IMG/VR virus record: IMGVR_UViG_3300000116_000008 | Direction: 5' to 3' (one strand) | Length of the DNA: 64,000 nucleotides | DNA from: an uncultured virus (IMG/VR IMGVR_UViG_3300000116_000008) | Lineage: Duplodnaviria > Heunggongvirae > Uroviricota > Caudoviricetes | The notes under the pieces: generated by a model | Seen by the model: the letters and a program-made list of their open reading frames with translations, nothing else | Told to the model about the DNA's origin: nothing | Databases searched by the model: none | Translations under genes and position numbers: made by a program | Shown: positions 37,439 through 48,024 of the stretch, in pieces | How the letters are laid out: the number at the start of each line of letters is the position of its first letter | Position numbering within the stretch: position 1 is the stretch's first letter

Positions 37439-39721
37439 CTATAGTACGCAGCTTTCGCAATTTTCTTCATTATTTATTTCTTCGACAGGTAAATTATCTA
37501 GTTTACTAACATCAATTTCACCTTGACCATCATTTGTATTAAAGTAGTATAGTTGTTTACCTCCATACTTATAAAACATTAATAAATGTTGAATCATAAG
37601 ACTCATTGGTATTTTCTCATCTTCAAAAAACTGTGGGTTGTAGCTTGTATTTACACTAATACCTTGGTCAATATATTTTTGTAAAACAGCCATAATCTTA
37701 AGATAGCCTTCAGGGGACTGTTGATCCCATAATAATTCATATTTATTTCGTAATTTATGAATACCTGGAACTACTTGTTTTAAAACTCCATCTTTACTTT
37801 GTTTGACGCTAACAAAACTTCTTGGAGGCTCAATACCGTTAGTAGCATTACTAATTTGTGCAGATGTTTCTGCAGGCATAAGCGCCATAAGAGTACTGTT
37901 TCTAATTCCATGCTTTTTTAAATCAGTTCTTATGCTATTCCAGTCTAATCTTTCTGTATGCGGAACCAACTCATCAACATCTTGTTTTCTAGTATCTATA
38001 GGAACTAGACCTCTACTATATTTAGTTTCACTAGATAAAGGGCAAGATGTTTGTTCTTTAGCTAGCTCTATAGATGCTTTAATTAAGTAGTAACTCCATG
38101 CTTCTGCCCACTCGTCTATTAATGCAAGATTTGGGTTTTGATATGAAGTATTATTTTTTGCTAACCAGTAGGCTAAATTTATTATTCCTATTCCTAATGG
38201 TCTCCTATTCATAGTACTATTCTCTGCTGCTTTAACAGGATAATTTTGATAATCTAATAAAGCATCCAGCCCTCGAACTGCTAACTCACACGGCTTTTCA
38301 AAATCAGAAGGCTTTTTAATATTACCCCAATTTATTGCGCTTAGAGTGCATAAAGCTATTTCCCCATTTTCGTCACTAAAATCATTTAATGGTTTTGTAG
38401 GTAAATCTATTTCACAACATAAGTTTGACTGATGAATAGGAGCAATTTTTTCATCAAAACTACTATGCGTATTAGCATGATCTACATTCATCAGGTATAT
38501 ACGTCCTGTATTCTTACGCTCTTCCATAAATGAACTAAATAATTCTATTGCAGGAATCTCTTTTTTTCTTATATTTGGGTGTACTTCCGCTTTTTCGTAT
38601 AAGTATTTGAACTGCTCTTGGTCATTAAAAAATGCTTCATATAATCCTGGTACATCACTTGGACTAAATAAGGTAATCGTACCTCCACTCAATAATCTTT
38701 CATACATTAGTTTATTAAACTGTACGCCATAGTCCATATGCCTAACTCTATTGTCTTCTGTGCCTTTATTATTTTTTAGTACAAGTAAATCTTCAACTTC
38801 TAAATGCCAAATTGGGTAGTATAGAGTAGCAGCACCATTACGAACACCGCCCTGACTACAACTTCTAGTAGCACTTTGAAACATCTTGTAAAACGGAACA
38901 ACACCTGTATGAAAAGCATCTCCACTACGAATTGGAGAGCCTAAAGCTCTTATATTACCTGCTCCTATACCTATTCCAGCTTTTTGACTTACGTACTTAA
39001 CGATACTGCTAGTAGTAGCATTAATACTGTCCAAGCTATCTGCAGTTTCAATGAGTACGCAGGACGAAAACTGCCTTTGCGGCGTTCTAACGCCAGCCAT
39101 AACAGGAGTAGGCAAACTAATATCAAAGGTAGATACTGCATCATAATATTCCTTTATTATTTTAATTCTATTCTCACCATAGTGTTGAAACAGAGTCATG
39201 GCGATAAGCATATAGGCTATTTGGGGAGTTTCAAATATTTCTTTAGTTACTCTATTTTGTACGAGATATTTACCTCTAAACTGCTCCATTGCCGCATAAG
39301 TTAAATTATCATCTCTTTGATGTTTAATGTAAGAATTTAACTTATTAAACTCTGCTTTAGAAAATGAAGATATGATTTCTTTATCATAAAAACCTCTTTC
39401 TATATTTTTTGTAACTATACCGTGTAAATGTGGAGGGTCAAATTGTCCATAAACCATTTTTCTTAGATGATAGTTTATTAATCTTCCAGCAACCCATTGA
39501 TAGTTGGGTGTTTCCTCACTTATTAGATCAGCGGCACTTTTTATTAATGTTTCTTGAACATCTTCTGTCTTGATTCCATCAAAAAATTGTATTTTACTAT
39601 TTAATTCTACTTGGCTAACACTAACCCCTGCTACATTTTCACAAGCAAAATATACAACTTTATGTAGTTTTTCAATATCTAAAGGCTCTCTACCGCCGTC
39701 TCTTTTAATAACCTCTGTCAT
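37439..39721 (-). CDS. nrdA: ribonucleotide reductase class Ia alpha subunit
   Basis: ATP cone VIKRDG, QFSSC, SNLCCEI, C-terminal CESC. Confidence 0.97.
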   Translation of the reverse strand: MTEVIKRDGGREPLDIEKLHKVVYFACENVAGVSVSQVELNSKIQFFDGIKTEDVQETLIKSAADLISEETPNYQWVAGRLINYHLRKMVYGQFDPPHLHGIVTKNIERGFYDKEIISSFSKAEFNKLNSYIKHQRDDNLTYAAMEQFRGKYLVQNRVTKEIFETPQIAYMLIAMTLFQHYGENRIKIIKEYYDAVSTFDISLPTPVMAGVRTPQRQFSSCVLIETADSLDSINATTSSIVKYVSQKAGIGIGAGNIRALGSPIRSGDAFHTGVVPFYKMFQSATRSCSQGGVRNGAATLYYPIWHLEVEDLLVLKNNKGTEDNRVRHMDYGVQFNKLMYERLLSGGTITLFSPSDVPGLYEAFFNDQEQFKYLYEKAEVHPNIRKKEIPAIELFSSFMEERKNTGRIYLMNVDHANTHSSFDEKIAPIHQSNLCCEIDLPTKPLNDFSDENGEIALCTLSAINWGNIKKPSDFEKPCELAVRGLDALLDYQNYPVKAAENSTMNRRPLGIGIINLAYWLAKNNTSYQNPNLALIDEWAEAWSYYLIKASIELAKEQTSCPLSSETKYSRGLVPIDTRKQDVDELVPHTERLDWNSIRTDLKKHGIRNSTLMALMPAETSAQISNATNGIEPPRSFVSVKQSKDGVLKQVVPGIHKLRNKYELLWDQQSPEGYLKIMAVLQKYIDQGISVNTSYNPQFFEDEKIPMSLMIQHLLMFYKYGGKQLYYFNTNDGQGEIDVSKLDNLPVEEINNEENCESCVL

Positions 39722-39731
39722 TTGTAATTCC

Positions 39732-41558
39732 TTACTTTATTAAACTTATGTTTTCTTGTTTTTCAATAGATATTTTTTCTATCAATGGGTGAGTAAAATC
39801 ATGAGAAATTAAAAATACATTGAGATTTCCCTCAGTCTGTAATACCTCAATAAGTTTCTCTTTTCCTTCTTCGTCAAGGACTCCTGTTATTTCATCAAGA
39901 AATAAAAGATTTACACTACTGCCACCAAGTTTTGATAGCAGGCTACGAATTGCTAATAGTATTGAAGTTTGTATTCGGGAGAACTCTCCGCCAGATACAG
40001 TCTCTATAGGTGTTCCTATACCATTATTGATAACTGAGATATTCAGTTTTTCTTTGTCTAATTTGAACTCTACCTGAAACTGTCCATCACTTAATAAAGA
40101 TAAGTAATGATTTATGGTAATTTCTAATTCTTTTGTTAAATTCTCTAATTTAAAGGCTACGATCCCAGATGTTGAAAAAGCTTTTTTTAAAATATTTAAA
40201 GAATTTATCTGATTTTGTAAAGATACTGTATCATTCTTTAGAGTAACTTGTCTATTATTAAAATCTTCTTTTTGATCAAGTAGAGCATCTACTTTAGCAT
40301 TGTGTGCTGAGACACCATTATTGTGATCAATGGCTTTTTCTCTGGCTACTTTTTGCTCTTTATATGTTAATGTACAAGCATCTATTTCATTTTGTATCTC
40401 ATCTATTTTTGGATAAACTCTAGGAATATTATTGTCTATTAATTGAGTTAGTTGTTCAAACTTTTCTATAGCTTTTTGATTCTTTTGATAGGCATAGTTT
40501 TCTTTATCAAAAAGGTCTTTCTTTTGTTGTAAACTTTTTGCGATGCCTATATAGTGTCTCTCACTGCTCTCCTCTTGGTAAATCTTATTTTCTAAATCAA
40601 TTCGCACATTTCTAGCCTCATCGTTATTAATTGATTGGCCACATGTCGGACAAGTGTCTCTATCATCTACACCTGATAACTCTCTTCTGAGACTTTTTAT
40701 GTCGTTTTGGGTTATCAGTAAATTTTGTTTGTGCTGATCTAAAAGTTCATACTCTTCAAAAGGTACAGGTTCTAACAAGTTCATTACAAAATCAATGCTA
40801 TCTCTTTCTTTTACATACATTGTGTTTTTGTCAATTTTTTTACAAGTTTCTGTATAACTTTGTATTTCTAGTTGTAAGACGCCTATTCTTTGCTGTATTT
40901 CTGGATCTATCTCTGGAACGCTTATCATTTCTTGTTTAACAGGTATTGAAGTATACTTTAAGAAATCTTTAACTGACTTTAGTTCTCCTTGTAGTTTAAG
41001 ATTTTCTCTATCTGTCGTAGTGGCTTTAGTTTTTATCTTATCCCCTATTTGAATATATTTTTCTAAATTAAATAAATTGATTAAAAACTTTTTACGATTT
41101 GTATCGGTTGCTTTTAAAAATTCTAATAAGTCTGTAGAAGATTGGTAAGTAAGTTGAGAAAATACTTCAAAGTCTAATCCAATAATTTGTTGTATCTTTT
41201 TATAAGTATCTAAAACTTTATGGTCTGAGATATCAATTCCGTTTTCGATCAGCTTAACTTTAGTTTGTGCCCCGCTTCTAATAACTGATATTTGATATTC
41301 TATTTCTCCTACACTAAATTCTAAACTTCCTGACCACTGCTTTGTTTTAGACCATCTGTTTAAAATATCGGACTTTTTAATGCCTTTAACATTTTTATTA
41401 AAGAGTATCTCTTGTATAATCATTGCTATAGACGACTTACCGCTACCATTAGGAGCCGTAAGTTGAGTTATTCTATTTTTATGTAAATTCATTTCATTAT
41501 CATTTCCATATGAAAACATATTAGAGAATGATAAGTTTTTTAGTTCTATACTAGGCAT
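39732..41558 (-). CDS. D13: SbcC/Rad50-like ATPase (T5 D13-like)
   Basis: NGSGKSS, CPTC zinc hook, VSGGE, LFLDE. Confidence 0.92.
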   Translation of the reverse strand: MPSIELKNLSFSNMFSYGNDNEMNLHKNRITQLTAPNGSGKSSIAMIIQEILFNKNVKGIKKSDILNRWSKTKQWSGSLEFSVGEIEYQISVIRSGAQTKVKLIENGIDISDHKVLDTYKKIQQIIGLDFEVFSQLTYQSSTDLLEFLKATDTNRKKFLINLFNLEKYIQIGDKIKTKATTTDRENLKLQGELKSVKDFLKYTSIPVKQEMISVPEIDPEIQQRIGVLQLEIQSYTETCKKIDKNTMYVKERDSIDFVMNLLEPVPFEEYELLDQHKQNLLITQNDIKSLRRELSGVDDRDTCPTCGQSINNDEARNVRIDLENKIYQEESSERHYIGIAKSLQQKKDLFDKENYAYQKNQKAIEKFEQLTQLIDNNIPRVYPKIDEIQNEIDACTLTYKEQKVAREKAIDHNNGVSAHNAKVDALLDQKEDFNNRQVTLKNDTVSLQNQINSLNILKKAFSTSGIVAFKLENLTKELEITINHYLSLLSDGQFQVEFKLDKEKLNISVINNGIGTPIETVSGGEFSRIQTSILLAIRSLLSKLGGSSVNLLFLDEITGVLDEEGKEKLIEVLQTEGNLNVFLISHDFTHPLIEKISIEKQENISLIK

Positions 41559-42468
41559 AATATTTTCCTTCAAATCCTTTTTTAACAAATACTTTTCTGA
41601 TAAAAGCTAGCGTATACTCTTCCCACGTAATAAATGATTGATATCTAAAGTTAGATTCTTCTCTTATTAAGTTTGTTAATTCACCTATTACATTATCACT
41701 CTTTTCCCAACCTGTCATCTTAATTCGACGTTTGAGCTGTGGAAACGCTTCATACAAAAAGTCATTATTCTTGTCTCCTGGTTGGCTATGGTCATAATTA
41801 GCTGCATAGTGACAAAATATAGGTTCAAGGGAAGTAAATGTAAAAAATTTATAATATTTTGCTAACGCATACTTTACAATATTAGGAGAATCTTCCCACC
41901 AACCGATACCTATATCAGTATGAAAGTCAGGGTTGTGTCCTGAGTTAATTAATATTTCTTTTGCAGGATCTATGTAGTTAAATAAGTTACACAAAGCTAT
42001 TTGAGAGTATGAATGAGTAAATTCCCCATGCTTTACTGCATCAGGAATGACTTCCTTCTTTAATTTTTCTAAAGAGAGGTCTATGATCTTAAATGGGATG
42101 TTTCTATGTTGGCAGTATTTAACGGCAAAGATAATGTCGTGGTCATTTGCGCCTTTAAACAGTCTCTGTATAACTGCTCTGAAAGGAATTCCACACTGAT
42201 AAAATGCCTCAGCTGTTACTTCTGAATCTATCCCTCCCGAAAGAGATATTACATAATTAAAGTGAGGATACTTCTGTATAAATGCTTTTATCAGCCCAGT
42301 TAAATCATGGTAAAATGACTTACCTCTACGTTTATATACTGGAACTGTTGCACGCACTCCTAAACATGGTATTAGAGATGAACACAAATAGTCTTGCTGA
42401 GGTCTAAGATGAGTTTTATTTTGTACATACTCCCAATAAACACGATTAAGCGATAGATCGATATTCAT
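41551..42468 (-). CDS. PP-loop (SGGxDS) adenine-nucleotide alpha-hydrolase-like protein
   Basis: VISLSGGIDSEV. Confidence 0.65.
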   Translation of the reverse strand: MNIDLSLNRVYWEYVQNKTHLRPQQDYLCSSLIPCLGVRATVPVYKRRGKSFYHDLTGLIKAFIQKYPHFNYVISLSGGIDSEVTAEAFYQCGIPFRAVIQRLFKGANDHDIIFAVKYCQHRNIPFKIIDLSLEKLKKEVIPDAVKHGEFTHSYSQIALCNLFNYIDPAKEILINSGHNPDFHTDIGIGWWEDSPNIVKYALAKYYKFFTFTSLEPIFCHYAANYDHSQPGDKNNDFLYEAFPQLKRRIKMTGWEKSDNVIGELTNLIREESNFRYQSFITWEEYTLAFIRKVFVKKGFEGKYYA

Positions 42469-43402
42469 TCATCACCGTCTCAATGTCAGTTACTTTTATA
42501 TGGTCTAAATATATCTCAAGTTCTTCATAGATAGTTTTACCTTTTAAATCTAGTGTAGAGTCATCTGCGGGTTTTTCGACCATCTTTTTATCTAATAACT
42601 CTGTGTTCTCGATTTTAGCTAACTCATCTAGTGACCCTTTAACTTCATATATTACATGATTCTTTGCATCTGCGGGCATAGCTTCTCCAGCTGCAATTGT
42701 TCGTCTAACTAACTTTGGTAAATTTAAATTATGAAAGCGTCTAACATATGTACCATCTGATTGATAGTCATATAAATCTATTCCATATTCACGAGTTGCA
42801 TCTCGATCAAAAGTAGTATTTAGAGGACTACCAGGATAGTAACAGTTAGTGTCGCCATAACGATGATTAAAGTGTAGGTCACCAAGTAAACACAAGCCCC
42901 AAGGGGAGAGACGGGAAAAATCATATTCTGGCGATATATGAGGCGGAACTTCTCCACGAATGTGTGTAACCAATATATCCCCTTTGACATATTGTGGTAA
43001 ATTATTGTTCTGCATCTCACCGTACGGGAAGAAGCAAAAGCTAACTTCACCCACACTCGCACGTCCGTTTCTAGTAAAAACATGAACGTTCTCATTTTTG
43101 ATAGCGTTCTCCTGAGTAAAGTATTCAAAAAATGATTCTCCTTTTTTAGTTGCTTCATGATTACCTGGTATGATGTAGGTAGGTATTGTGACTGAATTGA
43201 TATAGCTTAAGAACAAACAGACTTCGTCTGGCTCTGGCTTTTTATCAAATATGTCACCAGCTATAATATGCACATCACAACTTTGCTCAAGTGCGATGAG
43301 TTTTCTAAACATTTCACGGAATCGATTCACTTGCCAATCGTATGGAACTTTCTTTTTGTGAAGGATTATGTGCCAATCAGCTGAACATAAAATTTTTATC
43401 AT
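42446..43402 (-). CDS. D12: SbcD/Mre11-like nuclease (T5 D12-like)
   Basis: ADWH, GDIFD, PGNHE, GDLH, YPGSP. Confidence 0.92.
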   Translation of the reverse strand: MIKILCSADWHIILHKKKVPYDWQVNRFREMFRKLIALEQSCDVHIIAGDIFDKKPEPDEVCLFLSYINSVTIPTYIIPGNHEATKKGESFFEYFTQENAIKNENVHVFTRNGRASVGEVSFCFFPYGEMQNNNLPQYVKGDILVTHIRGEVPPHISPEYDFSRLSPWGLCLLGDLHFNHRYGDTNCYYPGSPLNTTFDRDATREYGIDLYDYQSDGTYVRRFHNLNLPKLVRRTIAAGEAMPADAKNHVIYEVKGSLDELAKIENTELLDKKMVEKPADDSTLDLKGKTIYEELEIYLDHIKVTDIETVMNEYRSIA

Positions 43403-43454
43403 TGCATTTCCTTTAAATATATGCTAATTTAGTGATTAGCTATTGAATAACGCT

Positions 43455-43540
43455 TCCAACGTAGTTGAAAAGCTGTTGAACACGACTCGCCTATATGAGT
43501 TAGCGAGGGCACGTAGTGCCCCAGCAAGGAACGTAGTTCC
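43455..43540. repeat. three ACGTAGT-core mini-hairpins in the intergenic region
   Basis: CAAC-GTA-GTTG, GGGCAC-GTA-GTGCCC, GGAAC-GTA-GTTCC. Confidence 0.8.
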
Positions 43541-43572
43541 GCAGTTTGTGTTATGCCACACTTGCGTCTAAT

Positions 43573-44391
43573 TTAAGACTGTGTTGAATCCGCACGATTA
43601 ATAATTTTTCCCACGTCACCTTCAAAAGTATAGGTTCCTATATGATTTAACTTAGTATTTGGGTCTAACCATATTTCCCCACCAATCTTTTGCCATCTTC
43701 TACAAAAAGTATAATCTTCTGAAAGATAACGATTATCGTCTGGATCGTGAATTGTATCAAAAAATGAATAACAATATTTATTATACTTAGGATCAATATT
43801 AGAATCATTACGATAATGTAACTCTGGATATTCTGACATCATCTTTTCAATTACTTCACGTTTGATTAGAAAAAACCCTGTTGACGCATCTAATACTTCT
43901 ACGGCACCATTTTCAATTCTAATCTGCTTTGTAGCTTGATCAATAAATTTAAAATTAATTGCATACTGCACTGGTAGTGCTTTTTTAGGATATGCTGCTG
44001 CCATAATCGGTTTATCATAAGCTAGAGCTCTTAATACAGATTCAGCATCAAACTCTATGTCAGCATCAATAAACAGTAAGTGGGAACAATCAGATTCTAA
44101 AAACATGGCTGTAAGAATATTTCTGGCTCTAGTTACTAATGATTCATTTCTTAACGTGGTAATTCTAAAGTTTATTCCATGCTTCATAAAGTCTTGTGAT
44201 ACTCTAAACATAGATAAAAAGAATTGATCCGTTACCATACCTCCGTAACAAGGAGTCGCAAAAAATATATTATGTTTTCGCAAAATATTAAGATCTATTT
44301 GTGCTTGACTACCTTCAACGTTTGTAAAAGCACCAAAGGATTTCTTTGGTGCTTTTTTATCCGTAGTCATATCTGCTAGGGATTTTTTCAT
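43573..44391 (-). CDS. GT-A (GT2-like) glycosyltransferase
   Basis: ATPCYGG..RARN..FIDADI (DxD)..STGFFLI..SEDYTFC. Confidence 0.8.
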   Translation of the reverse strand: MKKSLADMTTDKKAPKKSFGAFTNVEGSQAQIDLNILRKHNIFFATPCYGGMVTDQFFLSMFRVSQDFMKHGINFRITTLRNESLVTRARNILTAMFLESDCSHLLFIDADIEFDAESVLRALAYDKPIMAAAYPKKALPVQYAINFKFIDQATKQIRIENGAVEVLDASTGFFLIKREVIEKMMSEYPELHYRNDSNIDPKYNKYCYSFFDTIHDPDDNRYLSEDYTFCRRWQKIGGEIWLDPNTKLNHIGTYTFEGDVGKIINRADSTQS

Positions 44392-45047
44392 GCTAAGTCA
44401 TCCACATCTTCTTGAGGTTTAAACTCATCAGAAACATCGCCTGCGAAGTAAGAGGTGTTCTGCAATAACCACTCTTTTTGCTCTTCGTATGTTTGACGTT
44501 TATAGATTTTTGAAAGATCAAAAAGTTCTAAGGCTGTTTCTTCATCAGTAAGAGGTGAGTTATTACGAGCAGGTAAACAAGAATACTTTACATTTTGTGG
44601 TAAAGGCCCTGTTTTCTCTTTTTTGATAGTTATATCATAACCATCTGAATCCCCAGCTGGATTTCCATAATCTGGGTTAGTTGCATAGTCTACGATCTGT
44701 GAATAAATGGTTGAACGTAAATCAAATAGTTTGATTTTACCGTCAGCACGATCTATTACGTTACAGACATATGAAAACTGAGGTTTATCCGAAAAAATTG
44801 ATTCATCAATTTCTTTGAAAGGGTCTTGAGCAGAGTTATCAAATGACTCAGTTTCTCTACTGAATTGCAGACACTCAACAGGCATTTTTTTACCTTCTGT
44901 AGTGACTACCCAATAACAGTATCTAGGCATTACATCACCTATTAACCTAACTTTAGTATCTCCGATACTCATAGTTAATCTTTCGATTTCTCTTCTTTGT
45001 TGATTTCCAGAGGATTGTTTTCCTTTGGCTTTATCCCATGCGACCAT
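44388..45047 (-). CDS. D11: T5 D11-like protein (putative ssDNA-binding)
   Basis: VRLIGDVMPRYCYWV..PVECLQF..VIDRADGKIK; acidic tail; synteny. Confidence 0.8.
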   Translation of the reverse strand: MVAWDKAKGKQSSGNQQRREIERLTMSIGDTKVRLIGDVMPRYCYWVVTTEGKKMPVECLQFSRETESFDNSAQDPFKEIDESIFSDKPQFSYVCNVIDRADGKIKLFDLRSTIYSQIVDYATNPDYGNPAGDSDGYDITIKKEKTGPLPQNVKYSCLPARNNSPLTDEETALELFDLSKIYKRQTYEEQKEWLLQNTSYFAGDVSDEFKPQEDVDDLA

Positions 45048-45083
45048 AGTTGTCTCCTTTTTGTTGAACGTTGGTTCTTTTGT

Positions 45084-45527
45084 TTAGGTATTCCTCGCTA
45101 CCGAGGACTCTTGTGTAAAATAAATTTTATTTCCTTTTATATTGATAAAAGGATTTTGTAAATCTTTTCTAATATAATTCTTAGATATATAATCATGTTT
45201 TTCACTGATTCTACGCATTGATAACATTTGTATATATTCAGTTTTTTTAATAATAGAAACATTTTGAGTCATAAAATAAGGGTTATTTATATAACTCATT
45301 GGTTCTTGTGTTTTATAATGACAGATTAGACTGTCTTTTTTCTGTTCTAAAATACCCCATGTAAATAAATGTATAGGTATATGGTTTATTTTTAGAGCTT
45401 TCATTAATCCTTTAGTAGTATACGGATTATACAATGAAGTTTGTGCAAAAGTCAAGATTAATATCGCTGTCTGATCTTTTCTTGCCTTTGACAAAATTTC
45501 GTACCAATTAAAGTATGTAATACCCAC
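45084..45527 (-). CDS. hypothetical protein
   Basis: ORF between D10-like and D11-like genes. Confidence 0.55.
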   Translation of the reverse strand: MGITYFNWYEILSKARKDQTAILILTFAQTSLYNPYTTKGLMKALKINHIPIHLFTWGILEQKKDSLICHYKTQEPMSYINNPYFMTQNVSIIKKTEYIQMLSMRRISEKHDYISKNYIRKDLQNPFINIKGNKIYFTQESSVARNT

Positions 45528-46794
45528 GTTGCTTATACCATTCTAATCTTTTTGATTGCTGTCTTGAAGCTATTGCTCCTGATAACCACCAATCTACAAC
45601 CATAGGCGCTTGTTTTTCGGGGTGCTCTCTAATAATTCTTCCAATTCGTTGCTCTAATTTAATAGGATTATTAGAAGGACAAGTAAGATAAAGAGTATCA
45701 AGCCGATGGCAAGATATACCCTCATCAAATAATTTGGTTGAAAGAACACATTTGTATTTTCCTCCAACATTTTGAAGAACATCTTCTCTAGTTGATTCAT
45801 CAGATTCTCCTATTAAGCACATACTATCAGGAATTAACTCCTGTAAATCTTTTAACATTTGAACTCGCTCACCTAAAATTAAAGGACACCGACCAGTGAC
45901 TATTTGACTTTTAGCAAAATTTGCGATAGCTTCCAAGTACTTTTGATTACTACAAAGTTTGTTCAGCTGGCGCGCCCAATCTCTTTTCGGATCAATAACT
46001 GGAAATCTAACATCAGTTCTTTTAATTAATACTACTGGGTCTTGTAGTTGGCGAGGATCTCTAGCTTCAACCATAAATGGCGAAAAAAAGTCACCAAGAA
46101 AAACGTGTTTACCATCCTTACGTTTAGGGGTTGCACTAATACCAATTTTAATTTTTGCATTAAGAGAGTTTAAAGCAGTTGAGAACATTTCTGCAGGACA
46201 AAGATGCGCTTCATCTACTAGTACCATTGAAAAATGCTCACTCATTTCATCTCTTCGGTTGTAAACAGACTTATAAATACCAACTGTTACTTCTTGTATA
46301 TCATATAAGCCATCACCAACCCTACCTATTTTAACACCTGGTATTTGTCTCTCAAGCTCTTCTATCCATTGTCTAAAAAGTAACTTTGTGTGAACTAGCA
46401 CAAGGGTTTGAGTTTTATTACGAGATATAATTTCACAACCTGTAAATGTTTTGCCCCAGCCACAAGGTGCCTGAAGTATTCCTGATCTTGCTCTGCCTCG
46501 CTTGAAAAATTTATCTACTACCTCTTCTTGTTCCCACCTAAGTTTTCCGACGAAATTTAAATCTGCTGTGGTTTGTGTAAAGTTTCTATTATCCTCTATC
46601 TCATCCCATTCTAGTTTATGATAAGAATTAGATGGTACTATATAGTAATCTTCATCTTCAGAAATAGTAGTGAGAAACTCATCTCCATTATCGTATGTGT
46701 ATAAAGATATTAATAGATCTTCATCATACACATCATCTTTTTTGATGTATATCTTCTCTGATAAATATATCTTTTTTACTTTAGCTTTTTTCAT
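45508..46794 (-). CDS. D10: superfamily 2 helicase (T5 D10-like)
   Basis: APCGWGKT, DEAH, SAT, QRIGR. Confidence 0.9.
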   Translation of the reverse strand: MKKAKVKKIYLSEKIYIKKDDVYDEDLLISLYTYDNGDEFLTTISEDEDYYIVPSNSYHKLEWDEIEDNRNFTQTTADLNFVGKLRWEQEEVVDKFFKRGRARSGILQAPCGWGKTFTGCEIISRNKTQTLVLVHTKLLFRQWIEELERQIPGVKIGRVGDGLYDIQEVTVGIYKSVYNRRDEMSEHFSMVLVDEAHLCPAEMFSTALNSLNAKIKIGISATPKRKDGKHVFLGDFFSPFMVEARDPRQLQDPVVLIKRTDVRFPVIDPKRDWARQLNKLCSNQKYLEAIANFAKSQIVTGRCPLILGERVQMLKDLQELIPDSMCLIGESDESTREDVLQNVGGKYKCVLSTKLFDEGISCHRLDTLYLTCPSNNPIKLEQRIGRIIREHPEKQAPMVVDWWLSGAIASRQQSKRLEWYKQRGYYIL

Positions 46795-46802
46795 GTTTAT
46801 GC

Positions 46803-47324
46803 TCAATCATTATATTCAACCCCTGCATATACTGGTATACCTCTATCTCGTATTTTACTAGATCCTAATAAAAAAGGTAAATCTACTAAACAACTAACAG
46901 CGATAACTTTGCCTCCTAATTCTTGGACAATATCGATCGCAGCATTCACTGTTCCTCCTGTAGCTATTAGATCATCAATGATAACTACATTATCATCCAT
47001 CTCTATAGAGTCAGATTTTATCTCAAGATTAGCAGTCCCATACTCTAAATCGTATGACTTTGACTTAACAGGGGGAGGTAATTTACCTGCTTTACGTGCT
47101 AATATTAAGGGTTTTCTACTTCTGTCTGCTAATACAGATGCAAAAATAAATCCTCTTGCGTCTATGCCCATAACTTTATCTACTCCTATTGAACCAATAG
47201 AATTATAAATAAAATTATTCGCCTCTCTAAAGCCTTGAGCATGTTGACAAAGACTAGCTATACATTTAAAGTCTATTCCTTTTACAGGAAAATCTTTATA
47301 TCGTTTTATATATTGTTTAATCAT
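46803..47324 (-). CDS. apt: adenine phosphoribosyltransferase
   Basis: DFPVKGIDF, DARGF, RKAGKLP, LEYG, IIDDLIATGGT. Confidence 0.93.
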   Translation of the reverse strand: MIKQYIKRYKDFPVKGIDFKCIASLCQHAQGFREANNFIYNSIGSIGVDKVMGIDARGFIFASVLADRSRKPLILARKAGKLPPPVKSKSYDLEYGTANLEIKSDSIEMDDNVVIIDDLIATGGTVNAAIDIVQELGGKVIAVSCLVDLPFLLGSSKIRDRGIPVYAGVEYND

Positions 47325-47815
47325 TATATCCTCGCATAAACTGTTTTTATTGGTTCATAAGAAAACTCTTTTAAATACCACTCATTATCAACTTTTACAA
47401 GAGTGCCGAATATATCCTCGTTCAACTCTAATTTTTCTTTTGTAGGAATTTCAAAAGGGTAAGAGACCTTATGTACCCACACCAAGTTTTCATTTACTTT
47501 TGTAATTTTAGCACAACGAACAGAGGCAACAAGTGATTTTGATAAATCATGAGGATTGGCTTCGCTATCCATTCCCCATTTACAACCGCTATATATTAGC
47601 TCTTGGAGATTTTTACAGGTATAATCAAATTTTAATCTGTGATCCATTTGAGCAAGTCTTGCAAAATAATCTCCGTTTAATCTTTTATCATCAACACTTT
47701 CAAGATGTCCTGTATATGTTCTTTGTACTTGTATTTTATGTAAGTCATATACAACATTCCATGGCTTATGTTTGATTCCGAAAAATGGGTACTTTATATT
47801 AGAAAATTTATTCAT
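47324..47815 (-). CDS. hypothetical protein (T5-like position downstream of pol)
   Basis: ORF track; synteny. Confidence 0.55.
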   Translation of the reverse strand: MNKFSNIKYPFFGIKHKPWNVVYDLHKIQVQRTYTGHLESVDDKRLNGDYFARLAQMDHRLKFDYTCKNLQELIYSGCKWGMDSEANPHDLSKSLVASVRCAKITKVNENLVWVHKVSYPFEIPTKEKLELNEDIFGTLVKVDNEWYLKEFSYEPIKTVYARI

Positions 47816-48024
47816 TTTCTTTTAGCCCACTCCTCCTCAAATCCTTTATCATCTGCTTCTTCATTATACCATACTCTTTTAAAGTAACTATCATAACAAG
47901 CTATTACAGTTTCTTCATCAATATTAATGTGACCTTTTACTATCCAAAATATTCTATACTTTTCCTTAAGAAACTTTTTCCACTGAGTCTCTAATCCCAG
48001 TATTACAGGTTCGTCATACCTCAT
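47812..48024 (-). CDS. hypothetical protein
   Basis: Stop/start overlaps on both sides. Confidence 0.55.
   Translation of the reverse strand: MRYDEPVILGLETQWKKFLKEKYRIFWIVKGHINIDEETVIACYDSYFKRVWYNEEADDKGFEEEWAKRK

Noticed and set aside
43455..43540. CRISPR array, REP/IS200 ends or retron msDNA
   Set aside because: No constant-length repeat-spacer pattern; no Cas, transposase or reverse transcriptase in the window
28867..44391. Defined DNA hypermodification pathway
   Set aside because: Glycosyltransferases and a PP-loop protein are present, but no hydroxymethylase, DpdA, PurZ or similar committing enzyme is recognisable in the window
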